From Thermoplasmata archaeon (GTDB lineage: Archaea > Thermoplasmatota > Thermoplasmata > Thermoplasmatales > GCA-001856825): 64,000 nt of DNA. Position 1 is the first letter of the stretch, and every line of letters starts with the position of its first letter. Below the pieces are notes generated by a model. That model saw nothing but the letters and a program-made list of their open reading frames with translations, ran no database searches and was not told the DNA's origin. Position numbers and translations under genes: made by a program. Shown here piece after piece: positions 1-10,310 of this stretch. The DNA is taken from the NCBI GenBank assembly GCA_023256475.1, contig JAGDXP010000027.1, forward strand, positions 2,106 to 66,105. Direction: 5' to 3'.

Positions 1-1265
1 AAATCCGGACCAATATATCAAAAAACCCCCTACTATAAATGCCACAGGGGAGAGAATTTTGTATGCAGGCAATCTGTACGGCCTTGAAATATCCATAAAC
101 TCCTTCCTGAAAACTGCGAGACTGACTGCGGCAGGAGCATAGGAAACTAGTATTGCATCCACAAATACCCCTAGAACCGATGAAAAGGATGGTAGTAATA
201 TTAAATACGGTATTGATATGAGAACCACAAGTATAGCAGAATTTATAGGAACTCCCTCATAGTTAAGCCCCGATAAGAACTTTGGGAAGTATTCATCATA
301 CCTAGATAGTGCATTGGAAACTCTGGCAGCCCCTCCAAAATATATTAATCCATCACTGAACGATGCTATAACCACAGCTATGATTATAATTGTAGTAAGA
401 CTGTGACTTTAATTGCCTGTGAAGAAGAAATGAATGGATAAGGAAGATTGCCAAGCTGTCCCCAACTACCAGGAGATATGCCAAAGGATTGCCAATTAAC
501 TGTTCCTAAGAATGCGATACTCTCCAACATATAGATAATTAGAACGAACAGTAACGAAATTATTACTGCCTTGGGTATGAACTTCCCTGGATTTTTTACT
601 TCTTCAGAATAATCTATGGGCTGCCTAAAGCCTGCATATGCCAGTATTGTTGCTGAAACAGCCAAAAATAAACCACCCAACCCGTAGGGGGCTGGACCAC
701 CATATGAAAAGTAGTTAGATGGATTGAAATGATATAGTAGGACTGAAATTATGATAATGATAAGAATAATCTTAACTAGTGTTAAGCCATTATTGATATT
801 TCCCAGAAGTTTTACTCTCTTAATATTAACGTAAAATATCATCAGCACTATTATAATTGATATAAAAATCCCTAAACTAGAGATTTTGTTATCTTGGTAC
901 AACGTTGGATAATAGAAGCTCAGATACTCTACAACTGAAGTTACCACTAGGGGCATTACCAAGGTATAACCTAGGAACGCTGCCCAACCATTTAATAATC
1001 CTACCAGAGATCCGTGACTCTTTGCAGGATAATATGCCACCCCTCCAGCTTTGGGCCACATGGTTCCTAGTTCTATATAAACTAGGGCAATTGGTATTAT
1101 CAATAGAAATGCCAATATCCATGCAAATATCCCTATTGGCCCCCCAAATGTCAAAACTGTTACCGGAATATATGCAATTGCAGGTCCTAGTATCGCTCCA
1201 ACAGTTAATAATACCACATGCCAAAATCCAAGTTCTTTCCTGTACTCGTTTCTTTCCATATTCAC
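1..1265 (-). pseudogene. APC-family amino acid permease interrupted by a frameshift near 384-411; runs off the window start
   Basis: ORF 384..1265 has APC motifs (GAILG, PKAGG, GFRQPIDYSEEVKNP). The -1 frame is open over 1..408 and continues the permease (SDGLIYFGGAARV...RPYRLPAYKILSPVAFIVGGFLIYWSGF), matching the C-terminal half of the paralog at 35331. Confidence 0.8.
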
Positions 1266-1275
1266 CTACCTAAAT

Positions 1276-1926
1276 TTAGAATTCAATGGCAAATACTCTG
1301 GCTGGAGCTCCACTTCCGTTCTCTATCTTTAGTGGGGCTGCTGTTATCAAATATTTTTTTCCTTCCTGCAATTGATCCAAACCATACAAGTCTTCTATTA
1401 TAATAATCCCTGCACCTAGTAATTTTTTATGAACTCTGAAATCTGAATGATCAAAAGGCTCTATTCCCAGGCTATCTATTCCTACCAATTTAACACCTCT
1501 TTTTATTAGAAATTCAGCTGCATCCTCTGAGAGTCCTGGAAAGTCATATTGGAACTCCCTGGTAAATCCCCTCTTTTTGTACCAGCCTGTATTTAAGAGT
1601 ATTGCTTTCCCATTATAATCGTCTCTCCATCTTTCTCTCAAGTGCCCTTCATTAATTTCTTTACCCTTTGGAGAAATTTTAATCATGAAGCCCTCTGAAA
1701 CAAGATTTTCCAGTGGTAGTTTGTCCACAGAATCGCCATTTTCAAGCATGTGAGACGGTGCATCTATATGTGTTCCACTATGTGTAACGCCACTTATAGA
1801 CTCTACTAAATATCCGTCTCTGGGAACGGTACCTACAGGTTCTATCCTTAAGTTTGGGTTTGTAGGCCACAAGGGCATAAAGCTTCTAATAGTTACTGAA
1901 AGATCGTATACTTTCTTGTATACCAT
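1276..1926 (-). CDS. Cyclase family metal-dependent hydrolase (kynurenine formamidase KynB-like)
   Basis: HSGTHIDAPSH motif, GIDSLG, H..LL..GIIIIEDL, PLKIENGSGAPARV. Confidence 0.9.
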   Translation of the reverse strand: MVYKKVYDLSVTIRSFMPLWPTNPNLRIEPVGTVPRDGYLVESISGVTHSGTHIDAPSHMLENGDSVDKLPLENLVSEGFMIKISPKGKEINEGHLRERWRDDYNGKAILLNTGWYKKRGFTREFQYDFPGLSEDAAEFLIKRGVKLVGIDSLGIEPFDHSDFRVHKKLLGAGIIIIEDLYGLDQLQEGKKYLITAAPLKIENGSGAPARVFAIEF

Positions 1927-2031
1927 GTAAAATGAGGAATAATTTAAACTTAAGCTTTTTGTTATATTAATTAGACTTTTTTATACTGAAATTCAAAATA
2001 GTTAAAAAAAATTTAACAAAATGTTAAAATA

Positions 2032-2508
2032 CTATTGAATTAGGAAATTTAATCTATCAACTATCTTTTTGATCCTCTCTTTCTGCGTTGAATCGATCTT
2101 GGATTTGTCCACACTTTCAACCAGATATTGAACCGAATCCTCTAAGGTTTCGATTACACTTTCAGGACTATTTTGTTTTAAATACAAGTCCCATCTGATC
2201 CTCCACCCCGGGAAGAAATAACCTGCCTGCTCAATTATGGCCTTACCTTTTTCTGAAAGCTTATAATAGATTTTATTATCCTTTTCTATTGATTCTAAGA
2301 ATCCGCTTAATTTCAATTCTCTGAGATACGGATAAACCAAGCTTGGGGAAAGCCTAGTCATACCATTGCTTTCTTTCTCCACAAGCTGCATTATTTCGGA
2401 CCCTGTCATTTCCTTGTCATATAGTGCGAATAGTATTAGGAGCCAACCCTTCTGTCCTATGAAACCGTGGCGTCTCCATTCATCCCAACCATGCATATGT
2501 CCATACAT
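2032..2508 (-). CDS. PadR-family transcriptional regulator
   Basis: wHTH pattern MTGSEIM...SPSLVYPYLREL...YYKLSEKG; GGTGA RBS before ATG at 2508. Confidence 0.85.
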   Translation of the reverse strand: MYGHMHGWDEWRRHGFIGQKGWLLILFALYDKEMTGSEIMQLVEKESNGMTRLSPSLVYPYLRELKLSGFLESIEKDNKIYYKLSEKGKAIIEQAGYFFPGWRIRWDLYLKQNSPESVIETLEDSVQYLVESVDKSKIDSTQKERIKKIVDRLNFLIQ

Positions 2509-2516
2509 ATTTATCA

Positions 2517-2537
2517 CCGATATCGGATATTCGATAT
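2517..2537. promoter_or_regulatory. Putative PadR autoregulatory operator
   Basis: ATATCG-GATATT-CGATAT inverted repeat (2520-2537) overlapping palindrome CCGATATCGG (2517-2526), between a TTTTAAAG TATA-like box and the RBS. Confidence 0.55.
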
Positions 2538-2681
2538 TAGTACTTTAAAATTTCCTATATATTTTTGTTCACAAGCAATAGCAACAAGATGAGCCAGATC
2601 AATGCGTTATCACTCTATTAGGAGCCTTCAAATTAGTAAAATTATTTGATTTCTTTCCTGAAAATGTCTATAGGGATTTTC

Positions 2682-3560
2682 CTAGATTAGCAATCCTAGC
2701 CCTATACCCATAAGTGGTGAAATTATCCATATGCTAATTATCCTTATTATTGGTTTATAAATTAAGAATCTAATTCTATTTGAGAAAGCGACTCCTAAAA
2801 TACTAAATGTTATAGCCTGTGAATTAGAAAGTGGAATAGAAAAGAGAGAAGCCAATTCCACAAGTACTGTGCTAGTGGCTATCGATATCATGGCACTGGA
2901 ATAGTTCATGGAAAATATCTCCTGCCCGATCCTCTTTAAGACTCCATCACTGAGAAATAATGAACCTAGAGCTATGGAAATAACCGATAAAATTAGAGAA
3001 AGAATGTTGAAACCATATATTGATAGAATTAATCCCATTGTATTTTCCCCTAAAGTATAAGCTGAGGCAAAGGAGAATATAAATATCAAAATACGCATGG
3101 ATTCTGATTTTTTCCAGATGTTGTTAAATTTTATTCTTGAATAAATTTTTACCAATATGAAAGAAAGTGATAGGGCAAATATAGGAGCTAGGAACCACAT
3201 AAATACTATTTTTGAGAACGTACTCAGCTCATAATATCTTCCATACCTTATCATCAAACCAATGGAAATGCCAACTAGAGCCATTGTTAACGATAGTGGA
3301 ACCCTAGTAGCCTGGGCTATGATGAATATTATAATTGCGCCTATAAGTAGGTAAGCAATTATTTCTGAATTATAATTGAAGATTACCCTAGCCGTTTTAA
3401 GCATTATACTTCCCGATATTATCAGTCCTGCTGAAAAACCGGCAATTCCAATTATTTTAGCTACTCTCTTATTAGCAATATTTGAACCAACTAAGGTACC
3501 AACTGCAGTGGCCATATTATTTCCCGCAACTAGGAATATGAGTATTAGAACTAGCAACAA
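2682..3560 (-). CDS. pit: Inorganic phosphate transporter, PiT family
   Basis: GNNMATAVGT and GENTMG signature repeats, P(L)SxSQ motif, hydrophobic; follows a DUF47 gene. Confidence 0.85.
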   Translation of the reverse strand: MLLVLILIFLVAGNNMATAVGTLVGSNIANKRVAKIIGIAGFSAGLIISGSIMLKTARVIFNYNSEIIAYLLIGAIIIFIIAQATRVPLSLTMALVGISIGLMIRYGRYYELSTFSKIVFMWFLAPIFALSLSFILVKIYSRIKFNNIWKKSESMRILIFIFSFASAYTLGENTMGLILSIYGFNILSLILSVISIALGSLFLSDGVLKRIGQEIFSMNYSSAMISIATSTVLVELASLFSIPLSNSQAITFSILGVAFSNRIRFLIYKPIIRIISIWIISPLMGIGLGLLI

Positions 3561-3568
3561 TATTGCTG

Positions 3569-4252
3569 TCAGGATGTCACCGTTATTGCTACATTTATTA
3601 AGATATCAGCAATATCCTGTGAGGTATCTAGCAGGTCATCAATTTTATGTGTAATTTCTGCTAGATGAAGGAAAGTAAGGTAGTGAAGCTTATTGGCCTC
3701 TTTATACAAAGAATCAAGTAACTCATCCTTGAGGTCATCCACTTCCTCCTCTAGGCGAGATACCCTGGACCATAAAGATACCATTTTCTCAATAGTATTC
3801 TGTTCTAACATTTCCATAATGGATTTTTGAGCGTCCAAGTTATAAATCAACATATTCCTTAATTTTGAGTAATACTGGCATGTCTTTTCCTTTACATTCT
3901 CATTGCTGGTCAAAAGAAAGTCTTGATATCGCAAAATTTCTCTGCTCATATAATATAATCTATCAAGTATATCATCGCACTTATCAATTAGAAGATTAAA
4001 TGAATCCATTAAATTAGGGGTGATGGCTCCGTTAGTTATTTCATTTTTCAATTCAAAAGTTAGGTGGTCACCGTCCATCTCATTCTTTCTAATTGTTTCT
4101 TTGTACTGTGATATTTCCATATTTGAACAATCCAACATCTTTATTAGATCATTTGTAGAAGTAAGAATGTAATTGGAATACTCGTTGATCCTCTTGAATA
4201 TAGCTTTCTCGGTAGGATTTATAAAATTAAAGAATTTCTTCCTTAGGCTCAT
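3569..4252 (-). CDS. DUF47 / PhoU-like phosphate transport regulator
   Basis: Duplicated E..GD / EEEVD and DDILD / DDLLD helical motifs; adjacent to PiT. Confidence 0.85.
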   Translation of the reverse strand: MSLRKKFFNFINPTEKAIFKRINEYSNYILTSTNDLIKMLDCSNMEISQYKETIRKNEMDGDHLTFELKNEITNGAITPNLMDSFNLLIDKCDDILDRLYYMSREILRYQDFLLTSNENVKEKTCQYYSKLRNMLIYNLDAQKSIMEMLEQNTIEKMVSLWSRVSRLEEEVDDLKDELLDSLYKEANKLHYLTFLHLAEITHKIDDLLDTSQDIADILINVAITVTS

Positions 4253-4272
4253 CCGGTTTTCACGGTTAAGGT

Positions 4273-5019
4273 ATGCCCAATATATATTCTTTTATATTCA
4301 AAGAATTTAACTATCGTGTGGAATCCTGGCACCATCTTTTTCAGAAAATTGCCATACTTGACTTGTACATACGAGACTTCAAATGCAATAATATAGATTA
4401 TATTGATTTAATTTACCGTGACCCTGACGGTGAGCTCGACATCCAAACTAACTTAGGTTTTGATAAGGTCACAAGTGAACCTATTAAATGGCTACTAAAT
4501 TCAAAATTAAATAAAAAAAGTTTAATTGATATCAAATGGCTTTACATATTCCCCAGATTAAAATGCATAGGCAACGTAATTCAGTTTATAATATTGATCA
4601 ATAACCGGTCATTGGAAGCCTTTACCCATCTATTACTGGAAATCATTAGCCTTGATCAAAGGAATATGAATGTTTCTTTGAAGTACATGGATGAAACCAG
4701 GGAAATACCTTTGAAATCATTGGGGGATATCCTGGGACTTAGATTAGAAAGTTTTCAATTCTCCTATGTTTCCCCCACCATTGATTTCTTCATGATAAAG
4801 AAATTCGATAATATCGAAAATTCGCAATTCCTAATTTATACATACAGTTCTAGGGATTTTTCAATAGTAAATTTCGATTTTCTTTTTCCTACTTTCAACG
4901 ATATTCCCTATTCTGTCTTAAACGATATCTTAAAAGATTTCGAAGAAAATAAGATCATCTCTCTTGTTGGTTCGTGCAACGGAAATTATTGTGATGTAAA
5001 AATTCTCTCTAAAAGATAA
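4273..5019 (+). CDS. Hypothetical protein (orphan)
   Basis: 248-codon ORF filling the gap between two minus-strand genes; no recognisable motif. Confidence 0.5.
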   Translation: MPNIYSFIFKEFNYRVESWHHLFQKIAILDLYIRDFKCNNIDYIDLIYRDPDGELDIQTNLGFDKVTSEPIKWLLNSKLNKKSLIDIKWLYIFPRLKCIGNVIQFIILINNRSLEAFTHLLLEIISLDQRNMNVSLKYMDETREIPLKSLGDILGLRLESFQFSYVSPTIDFFMIKKFDNIENSQFLIYTYSSRDFSIVNFDFLFPTFNDIPYSVLNDILKDFEENKIISLVGSCNGNYCDVKILSKR

Positions 5020-6214
5020 TTTCCAATTTGCCATTTATGAATTCTTGTAAAACTTCTTCTGGTTTATTACCCTTTGTTAACCATATCCTTATGCCTAGAC
5101 CCTTGAGCATCACCTTTGAATTTTCACCTATTTCATGACAGATAAGATCCGTTACTCCGAACCTTTCACATATTTCAACCAAATTTTTACCGTACTTTGA
5201 TGATGCTTTATTCTCTACTCTATCCATCAGCTTAAGGTCATTTGGATTATAGATCAGAAAATATTCTGCTCTGCTCACCTTATGGCTTATAGATTCCCCA
5301 TCCATTGGTATCAAGACCTTCCTGATTCCTTTGACACTGGGCTCAATGTGGATGCTTATATTCCTTATATCCTTGAATTTTAGGTATATTGTCTTTTCCA
5401 ACCTGTCTGCTATTTCATGGGCGTCAATAATGGTCAATGTTGGTTTAACCGTGATCACCACTTCACCGAAGATAACAGGGCCTGACCATCTCAATCTTAA
5501 ATCCTTTAATGATTCCACATCTTTGTCATGCAAGATTTCATCCCTAACTTGTCTCATTAAATTTTCATCTTTTGGAAGATCAAGGAGTGATATTACGCTG
5601 CCTTTTCCTATTTCATATGCTGTAATCAATATGGCAATTACCGCAATTGCAATTGATATGTAGTAAAATAAAAGTTGTCTTGTAATTGAAAATAATGCCA
5701 GGCCTATACCCACGCCTAGACCTTCATATACATCCGCATAAGTATGTCTGCCATCTTCCACCAATGATCCGAGGCTCAGAATCTTACCTGCCTTTATTTT
5801 TAAAATTCCTGCAGCTGCCAATGGTATTATAGTGGCAATTTGTATTGCTGCGGGATAAATAGACAAGAGGCCTTCAGGTTTTATGGAATTTATGGCTATG
5901 TCGAAAGCAGAAAAAGCTACTATGATTGAGATTATAAATGATACCAAATCATCCAGTTTGTATAATCCATAGGAGAATTTCTTGGCATATTCGCCCTCAA
6001 TAACCTTAAGTGTAATTAGAACCGTTGAGGTTATAGTTAGATCAATTAATACGTGAAATCCTTCCAGCAATAACACAGAATTGTGTAAAAATATCCCTGC
6101 AACTATTCTTGATAGCATTATAAATACCTGCAGGGCTAAAACTAATACTATGAGATTTCTTACATTTTCATTTGATTTCTCTTCCCGATTGCTTTGGGGC
6201 CTTTGGGATTCCAA
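5009..6214 (-). CDS. Cation diffusion facilitator with C-terminal NifB/NifX-like domain
   Basis: HxxxD sites (HVLID, HTYAD), dimerisation domain AHEIAD...IHIEP, extra C-terminal domain (RAEYFLIY...GVTDLICHEIG...GIRI). Confidence 0.85.
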   Translation of the reverse strand: MESQRPQSNREEKSNENVRNLIVLVLALQVFIMLSRIVAGIFLHNSVLLLEGFHVLIDLTITSTVLITLKVIEGEYAKKFSYGLYKLDDLVSFIISIIVAFSAFDIAINSIKPEGLLSIYPAAIQIATIIPLAAAGILKIKAGKILSLGSLVEDGRHTYADVYEGLGVGIGLALFSITRQLLFYYISIAIAVIAILITAYEIGKGSVISLLDLPKDENLMRQVRDEILHDKDVESLKDLRLRWSGPVIFGEVVITVKPTLTIIDAHEIADRLEKTIYLKFKDIRNISIHIEPSVKGIRKVLIPMDGESISHKVSRAEYFLIYNPNDLKLMDRVENKASSKYGKNLVEICERFGVTDLICHEIGENSKVMLKGLGIRIWLTKGNKPEEVLQEFINGKLEIIF

Positions 6215-6229
6215 CGCTTGTTAGTAATT

Positions 6230-7591
6230 TCAAATAAGAATATTTTTCCCCTTTTCAGTCATGCTCATTATTTCAGTATAGATCAAGACAATAATAAGGA
6301 AACCAAGGAAGGTATATGCTATAAAAGGTTTTGTTGACAATAATGAATAAACCAACACGGTGATGGAAAGAAGCTGGGCCATTGACCCTACAAAAATTTC
6401 ATTCAACCTTCTGATCATGGAATCTATGTTTATTTTTATAAGTGAAAAATTTGCAGATATGTGGATGAACAAATTTCCCATTCCAGCCATGGCACCCAAA
6501 ATAATAAATGCATGCAATGGCCCCAGTTCATAAATCATTGGGAGGGTAACAATCACGTAAAGGGTAATTGTCAACAATGATGCTGTTATGGGATTGCTAT
6601 TTCTCAACAGTGAGAATACTTTTGGTATCAGATTTCGAAGTGACATTGCGTATATATTTCTTGAACTGGCTAGCATAAATGATAACACAGAAAGAATTCC
6701 GTCATTAATTATGGCAAATAACATCACATAATAACCCCAAGGACCTACAATTCTTAATACCTCTAGAATAATGGGCACTCTAGATTCTGTAATATCTGAA
6801 ATTTGACCGTGCCAAAATAGGCCATTAAGCAATCCATAAATTACTATAGAATTCAATACTCCACCTACAATTATAACGCTTATTGCTGCCCTACCTATAT
6901 TCCTCTCAGCTTTCTTGACTTCCCCGGAAACGGGTGCAATGCTCCCATAGCCCGTGGGAATACCTATTGCATAAAGTATACCTAAGAATATGGCACCTGT
7001 TGAAATGTTGGCGTAGTATTTTGGAGAAATGGGATTATAAAAATGAAAGTTTGCATAGATTAAAGCATAGACGAAGACCACAATGAAGATTGCAATTTCC
7101 AAAATAGCTGCAAAAATGGCATATCTTGAAGAAGGCCTTATTCCGACAATCAGAAAAGCAGAAGCCGGTATGATGGATATTATATAAGCATACCAAATAT
7201 TAATGTGAAGAAGATAATTCACCAGAAAGGTAGCCCCCGCAACATAAGCGGAACCATATAAAGTTGAATAATAAGTATAAACCATTCCGGTTTCAAGACC
7301 TAACCTTTTACTTAACCCATAATATGCGTAATTGAAATAGCCACCTGTAGACGTAAATCTTTTAGCCAGGTAAGCCACGACAAGCCCATTTAGAAGCACT
7401 ATAGAAGTTCCTATCAATACAATTACTGGTGCGAATTCTTTCGTCATTACTATAACTATAGTTGTGTAAGTTAAAAGGCTGAGGAATGGTGCCTGACCCC
7501 CAATGGAAAGAAAGAATACTTCCCAGAATTCTATTTCCCTCTTGAGACCATCGTTCTTTGTGATTTCTTGCTTTTTAGCTACAGATGGCAT
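6230..7591 (-). CDS. APC-family amino acid permease
   Basis: About 12 TM, GGYFNY, GYGSIAPVSGEVK, SRNIYAMS. Confidence 0.85.
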   Translation of the reverse strand: MPSVAKKQEITKNDGLKREIEFWEVFFLSIGGQAPFLSLLTYTTIVIVMTKEFAPVIVLIGTSIVLLNGLVVAYLAKRFTSTGGYFNYAYYGLSKRLGLETGMVYTYYSTLYGSAYVAGATFLVNYLLHINIWYAYIISIIPASAFLIVGIRPSSRYAIFAAILEIAIFIVVFVYALIYANFHFYNPISPKYYANISTGAIFLGILYAIGIPTGYGSIAPVSGEVKKAERNIGRAAISVIIVGGVLNSIVIYGLLNGLFWHGQISDITESRVPIILEVLRIVGPWGYYVMLFAIINDGILSVLSFMLASSRNIYAMSLRNLIPKVFSLLRNSNPITASLLTITLYVIVTLPMIYELGPLHAFIILGAMAGMGNLFIHISANFSLIKINIDSMIRRLNEIFVGSMAQLLSITVLVYSLLSTKPFIAYTFLGFLIIVLIYTEIMSMTEKGKNILI

Positions 7592-7662
7592 TGTAATATC
7601 TCTCAGGCATAATTATATTCAGTAAATATACCTTATCTTAATTAGTTTTCATTACCACTCCG

Positions 7663-8244
7663 CTACTTACTTTTAATTGCTACCTTTAATATGGATTTTT
7701 TCATATGTTCAAATTCTACCACATAAGTTTCTAGAATTTCCCTCGGGAAATCTTTCTCTGATAACCCGTGGGAGTTTTTCAATCTACCCATATCATTATC
7801 ATAATCAAAAATTAAGAAAGAACCCTTTTCCGAGGTGAATCCCATTATATATGGTATGGATTCAAATTTATTGCTCCAATGGTGAAAAGAAAATGTGGTA
7901 ACAATTAGATCAAATTTTTCATTCACTGGTATATATCTACTGCTTCCCTGAAATATTCTAACTTTACTTTTTAATATTTCATTCTTTAATCTTTTACTTG
8001 CTATGTTTATCATGAACATTGAGGGCTCTATGCCATATAACTGGGCATTGTGGATTTTGGAGATCTCCTTTAAGAGTTTTCCGGTACCTGATCCAATATC
8101 TAGGATTTTAGTTGCCTCATACTTAGATATTTCTTCTGCTATTATCTTATAATACCCCTTTAGGAATGGTTCAGCAAAATATCTATAAATGTACGAGCTT
8201 ATAGGTCCAAACTTTTCATCATTAGAATCGTAGTATTCATTCAT
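7663..8244 (-). CDS. Class I SAM-dependent methyltransferase
   Basis: ILDIGSGTG motif I; FDLIVTTFSFHHW. Confidence 0.9.
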   Translation of the reverse strand: MNEYYDSNDEKFGPISSYIYRYFAEPFLKGYYKIIAEEISKYEATKILDIGSGTGKLLKEISKIHNAQLYGIEPSMFMINIASKRLKNEILKSKVRIFQGSSRYIPVNEKFDLIVTTFSFHHWSNKFESIPYIMGFTSEKGSFLIFDYDNDMGRLKNSHGLSEKDFPREILETYVVEFEHMKKSILKVAIKSK

Positions 8245-8245
8245 A

Positions 8246-8629
8246 TTAATTCATTAAATCCTCCGCTAGATTTTTTGAAACTTCCTCGCTACCTGTTTTG
8301 GACCATTTTTCTCCCCAATCTTTCATGCTGTTTACTATTAAGCCCAAATCTTTACCTTTCTCTGTTAGGACATAAGTTACCCTTATGGGCCTCGTATTAC
8401 TAACTACTCTCATTAATATATTCTCCTGCTCAAGAAACTTTAATTTTTCAGATAACATTCTTGATGATATTCCCTTAACGGATTTTTTCAGTTGATTGAA
8501 TCCTTTAGGCTCTGTGCAGAGGTCTCTCAATATCATGAATGTCCATGCATCCCTCAATATATACAACGTCCTTTCCACAGGACATGGCGAATTCTTTCTT
8601 GCATCTATATCGTAATGTCTCCTCTGCAT
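8246..8629 (-). CDS. HxlR-family transcriptional regulator
   Basis: CPVERTL...WTFMILRDL...GISSRMLSEKLKFLE...YVLTEKG. Confidence 0.9.
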   Translation of the reverse strand: MQRRHYDIDARKNSPCPVERTLYILRDAWTFMILRDLCTEPKGFNQLKKSVKGISSRMLSEKLKFLEQENILMRVVSNTRPIRVTYVLTEKGKDLGLIVNSMKDWGEKWSKTGSEEVSKNLAEDLMN

Positions 8630-8834
8630 ATTACCTATATTTGAACTAAGTTTAAAAGATTAACCTATATACTTCTTTATACTTGATAACAATATTCGCG
8701 ATACAATATATACTCCATTATATTTTGGAGAGAATGATTCCATTTTAGCTCAATGCGGAGTTTACCATGCTTGATAATCATTATTTAATATTTTTATCAA
8801 TAAAATGGTGCAAATCAAGATTGAATCTGTGTAT

Positions 8835-9131
8835 TCATAGAAAATCGCTTAATTTCATGCACTTCCCATCTCTATAGATTCCTCTATCTCCCTTTTCTTC
8901 GCTTTGAAACGTTAAATATCTATTATCCCTAGTAGGGATTATGTAATATTCTTTGATTTCGCCTGAGGAATTTTTCAGAACAATTTTTAATTTTGATCCT
9001 TTACCTTTGTCATTCACAGCTTCATATTTATACAATAGAAATTTTCCGGAACACACATACTCTCTTCTTTCAGTTATTCCCCTCTTATTAATCGTTATGC
9101 AATCCTTTTCAGAAGAACTGTCTTCTTCCAT
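8835..9131 (-). CDS. Hypothetical protein
   Basis: Purine-rich ORF, likely ATG at 9131; no motif. Confidence 0.6.
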   Translation of the reverse strand: MEEDSSSEKDCITINKRGITERREYVCSGKFLLYKYEAVNDKGKGSKLKIVLKNSSGEIKEYYIIPTRDNRYLTFQSEEKGDRGIYRDGKCMKLSDFL

Positions 9132-9167
9132 AATAGAAATAAACAAATTTAATTAATTAAATGTTCA

Positions 9168-10031
9168 TTGTGCAGGGTGGCTTATAAAAGAGATTACTTG
9201 GATCCATTGATATTTATGACCATGGCATCATTCTGGGCCCTGAATTATTCAGTGCTAAAGCTAGCATTAAACTTTGAACCCCCCTTTGTAACTTTATTCT
9301 TTAGAGTTCTTTTTGCCCTTATAACCTCATTGATATTTGCATTGCCTTATTCCTCATCCTTGAAATATATAAGCTTCTTGGACACTTTTGTATTGGGCTT
9401 TTTCAACATTTTTCTATTTATGGGGCTATGGTTCCTGGGTGAACAGGTGGAGCCTGCCTCGATCTCTTCTATTTTAGTGTACACTTATCCTATTATTTCT
9501 GTGCTTCTCTCAATAGTATTCCTGAATGAGAAATTAAATCTTTCAAGGATTTTTGGCCTATTATTTGGATTTTCAGGTATTGTACTGATTGCGTTTAGGA
9601 ATTTGAGAACAGGAGGATTGTTGGGAATTTTTCTACTGTTAGCTGCCGCATTGTCATGGTCAATAGGTACCACATATTTCAAAAAGCGATTGGACAAGGT
9701 TAATGTTCATACTGTTAATTTTTTGCAATATGCTTTCGCCTTACCTTTAGTAGGGATAATCTCATTGACAGAAACCTTCAAGCCATTACAATGGCCATTC
9801 GTTTTTTATACCTTTTACATGGGATTTTTTGGAACTTCGATCGCTTACCTAATATATCTATATCTTGTGAGTAAACATGGAATTGTTAAGACAAATCCTT
9901 ATTTGTTTATGGTCCCAGTTCTGGGTACTATCTTTTCTTTACTGATCAATCATGAAGGATTAAGTGCATTTACAATTGGCGGATTAATATTGGTAGGTGT
10001 TGGAGTATACTTAAGCTTTTCTGACAGATGA
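9168..10031 (+). CDS. EamA/DMT family transporter
   Basis: Two EamA repeats, about 10 TM, FWALN...R, FLNEKL. Confidence 0.9.
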   Translation: MCRVAYKRDYLDPLIFMTMASFWALNYSVLKLALNFEPPFVTLFFRVLFALITSLIFALPYSSSLKYISFLDTFVLGFFNIFLFMGLWFLGEQVEPASISSILVYTYPIISVLLSIVFLNEKLNLSRIFGLLFGFSGIVLIAFRNLRTGGLLGIFLLLAAALSWSIGTTYFKKRLDKVNVHTVNFLQYAFALPLVGIISLTETFKPLQWPFVFYTFYMGFFGTSIAYLIYLYLVSKHGIVKTNPYLFMVPVLGTIFSLLINHEGLSAFTIGGLILVGVGVYLSFSDR

Positions 10032-10310
10032 AAAATTAGAAAAGGCAGATCTAAGATTTTTCAACAAAGGCCACTTCTTTCTGAACTTAGATCTCGATCT
10101 TAAAAGCTTTGGATTCAAAAGTTGATTATTTATTAATTAAAGAAAATATGAAAGAATAATTGTAGGAAAATTCAGCACCGATCAATAAAGTTGATTCCTA
10201 ACTCAAAATTCGGTGTTGAGTCTCTGGAATATTTTAACATCCTGAGATAATGCCTTATACCGTTTATTCCAAAATGAAAAACATAAAATTTTGAAAAAAT
10301 ATACGATGAA

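Noticed and set aside
2012-2028. TTTAACA-AAA-TGTTAAA palindrome
   Set aside because: Nearly all A/T in an AT-rich gap; may be chance or a terminator
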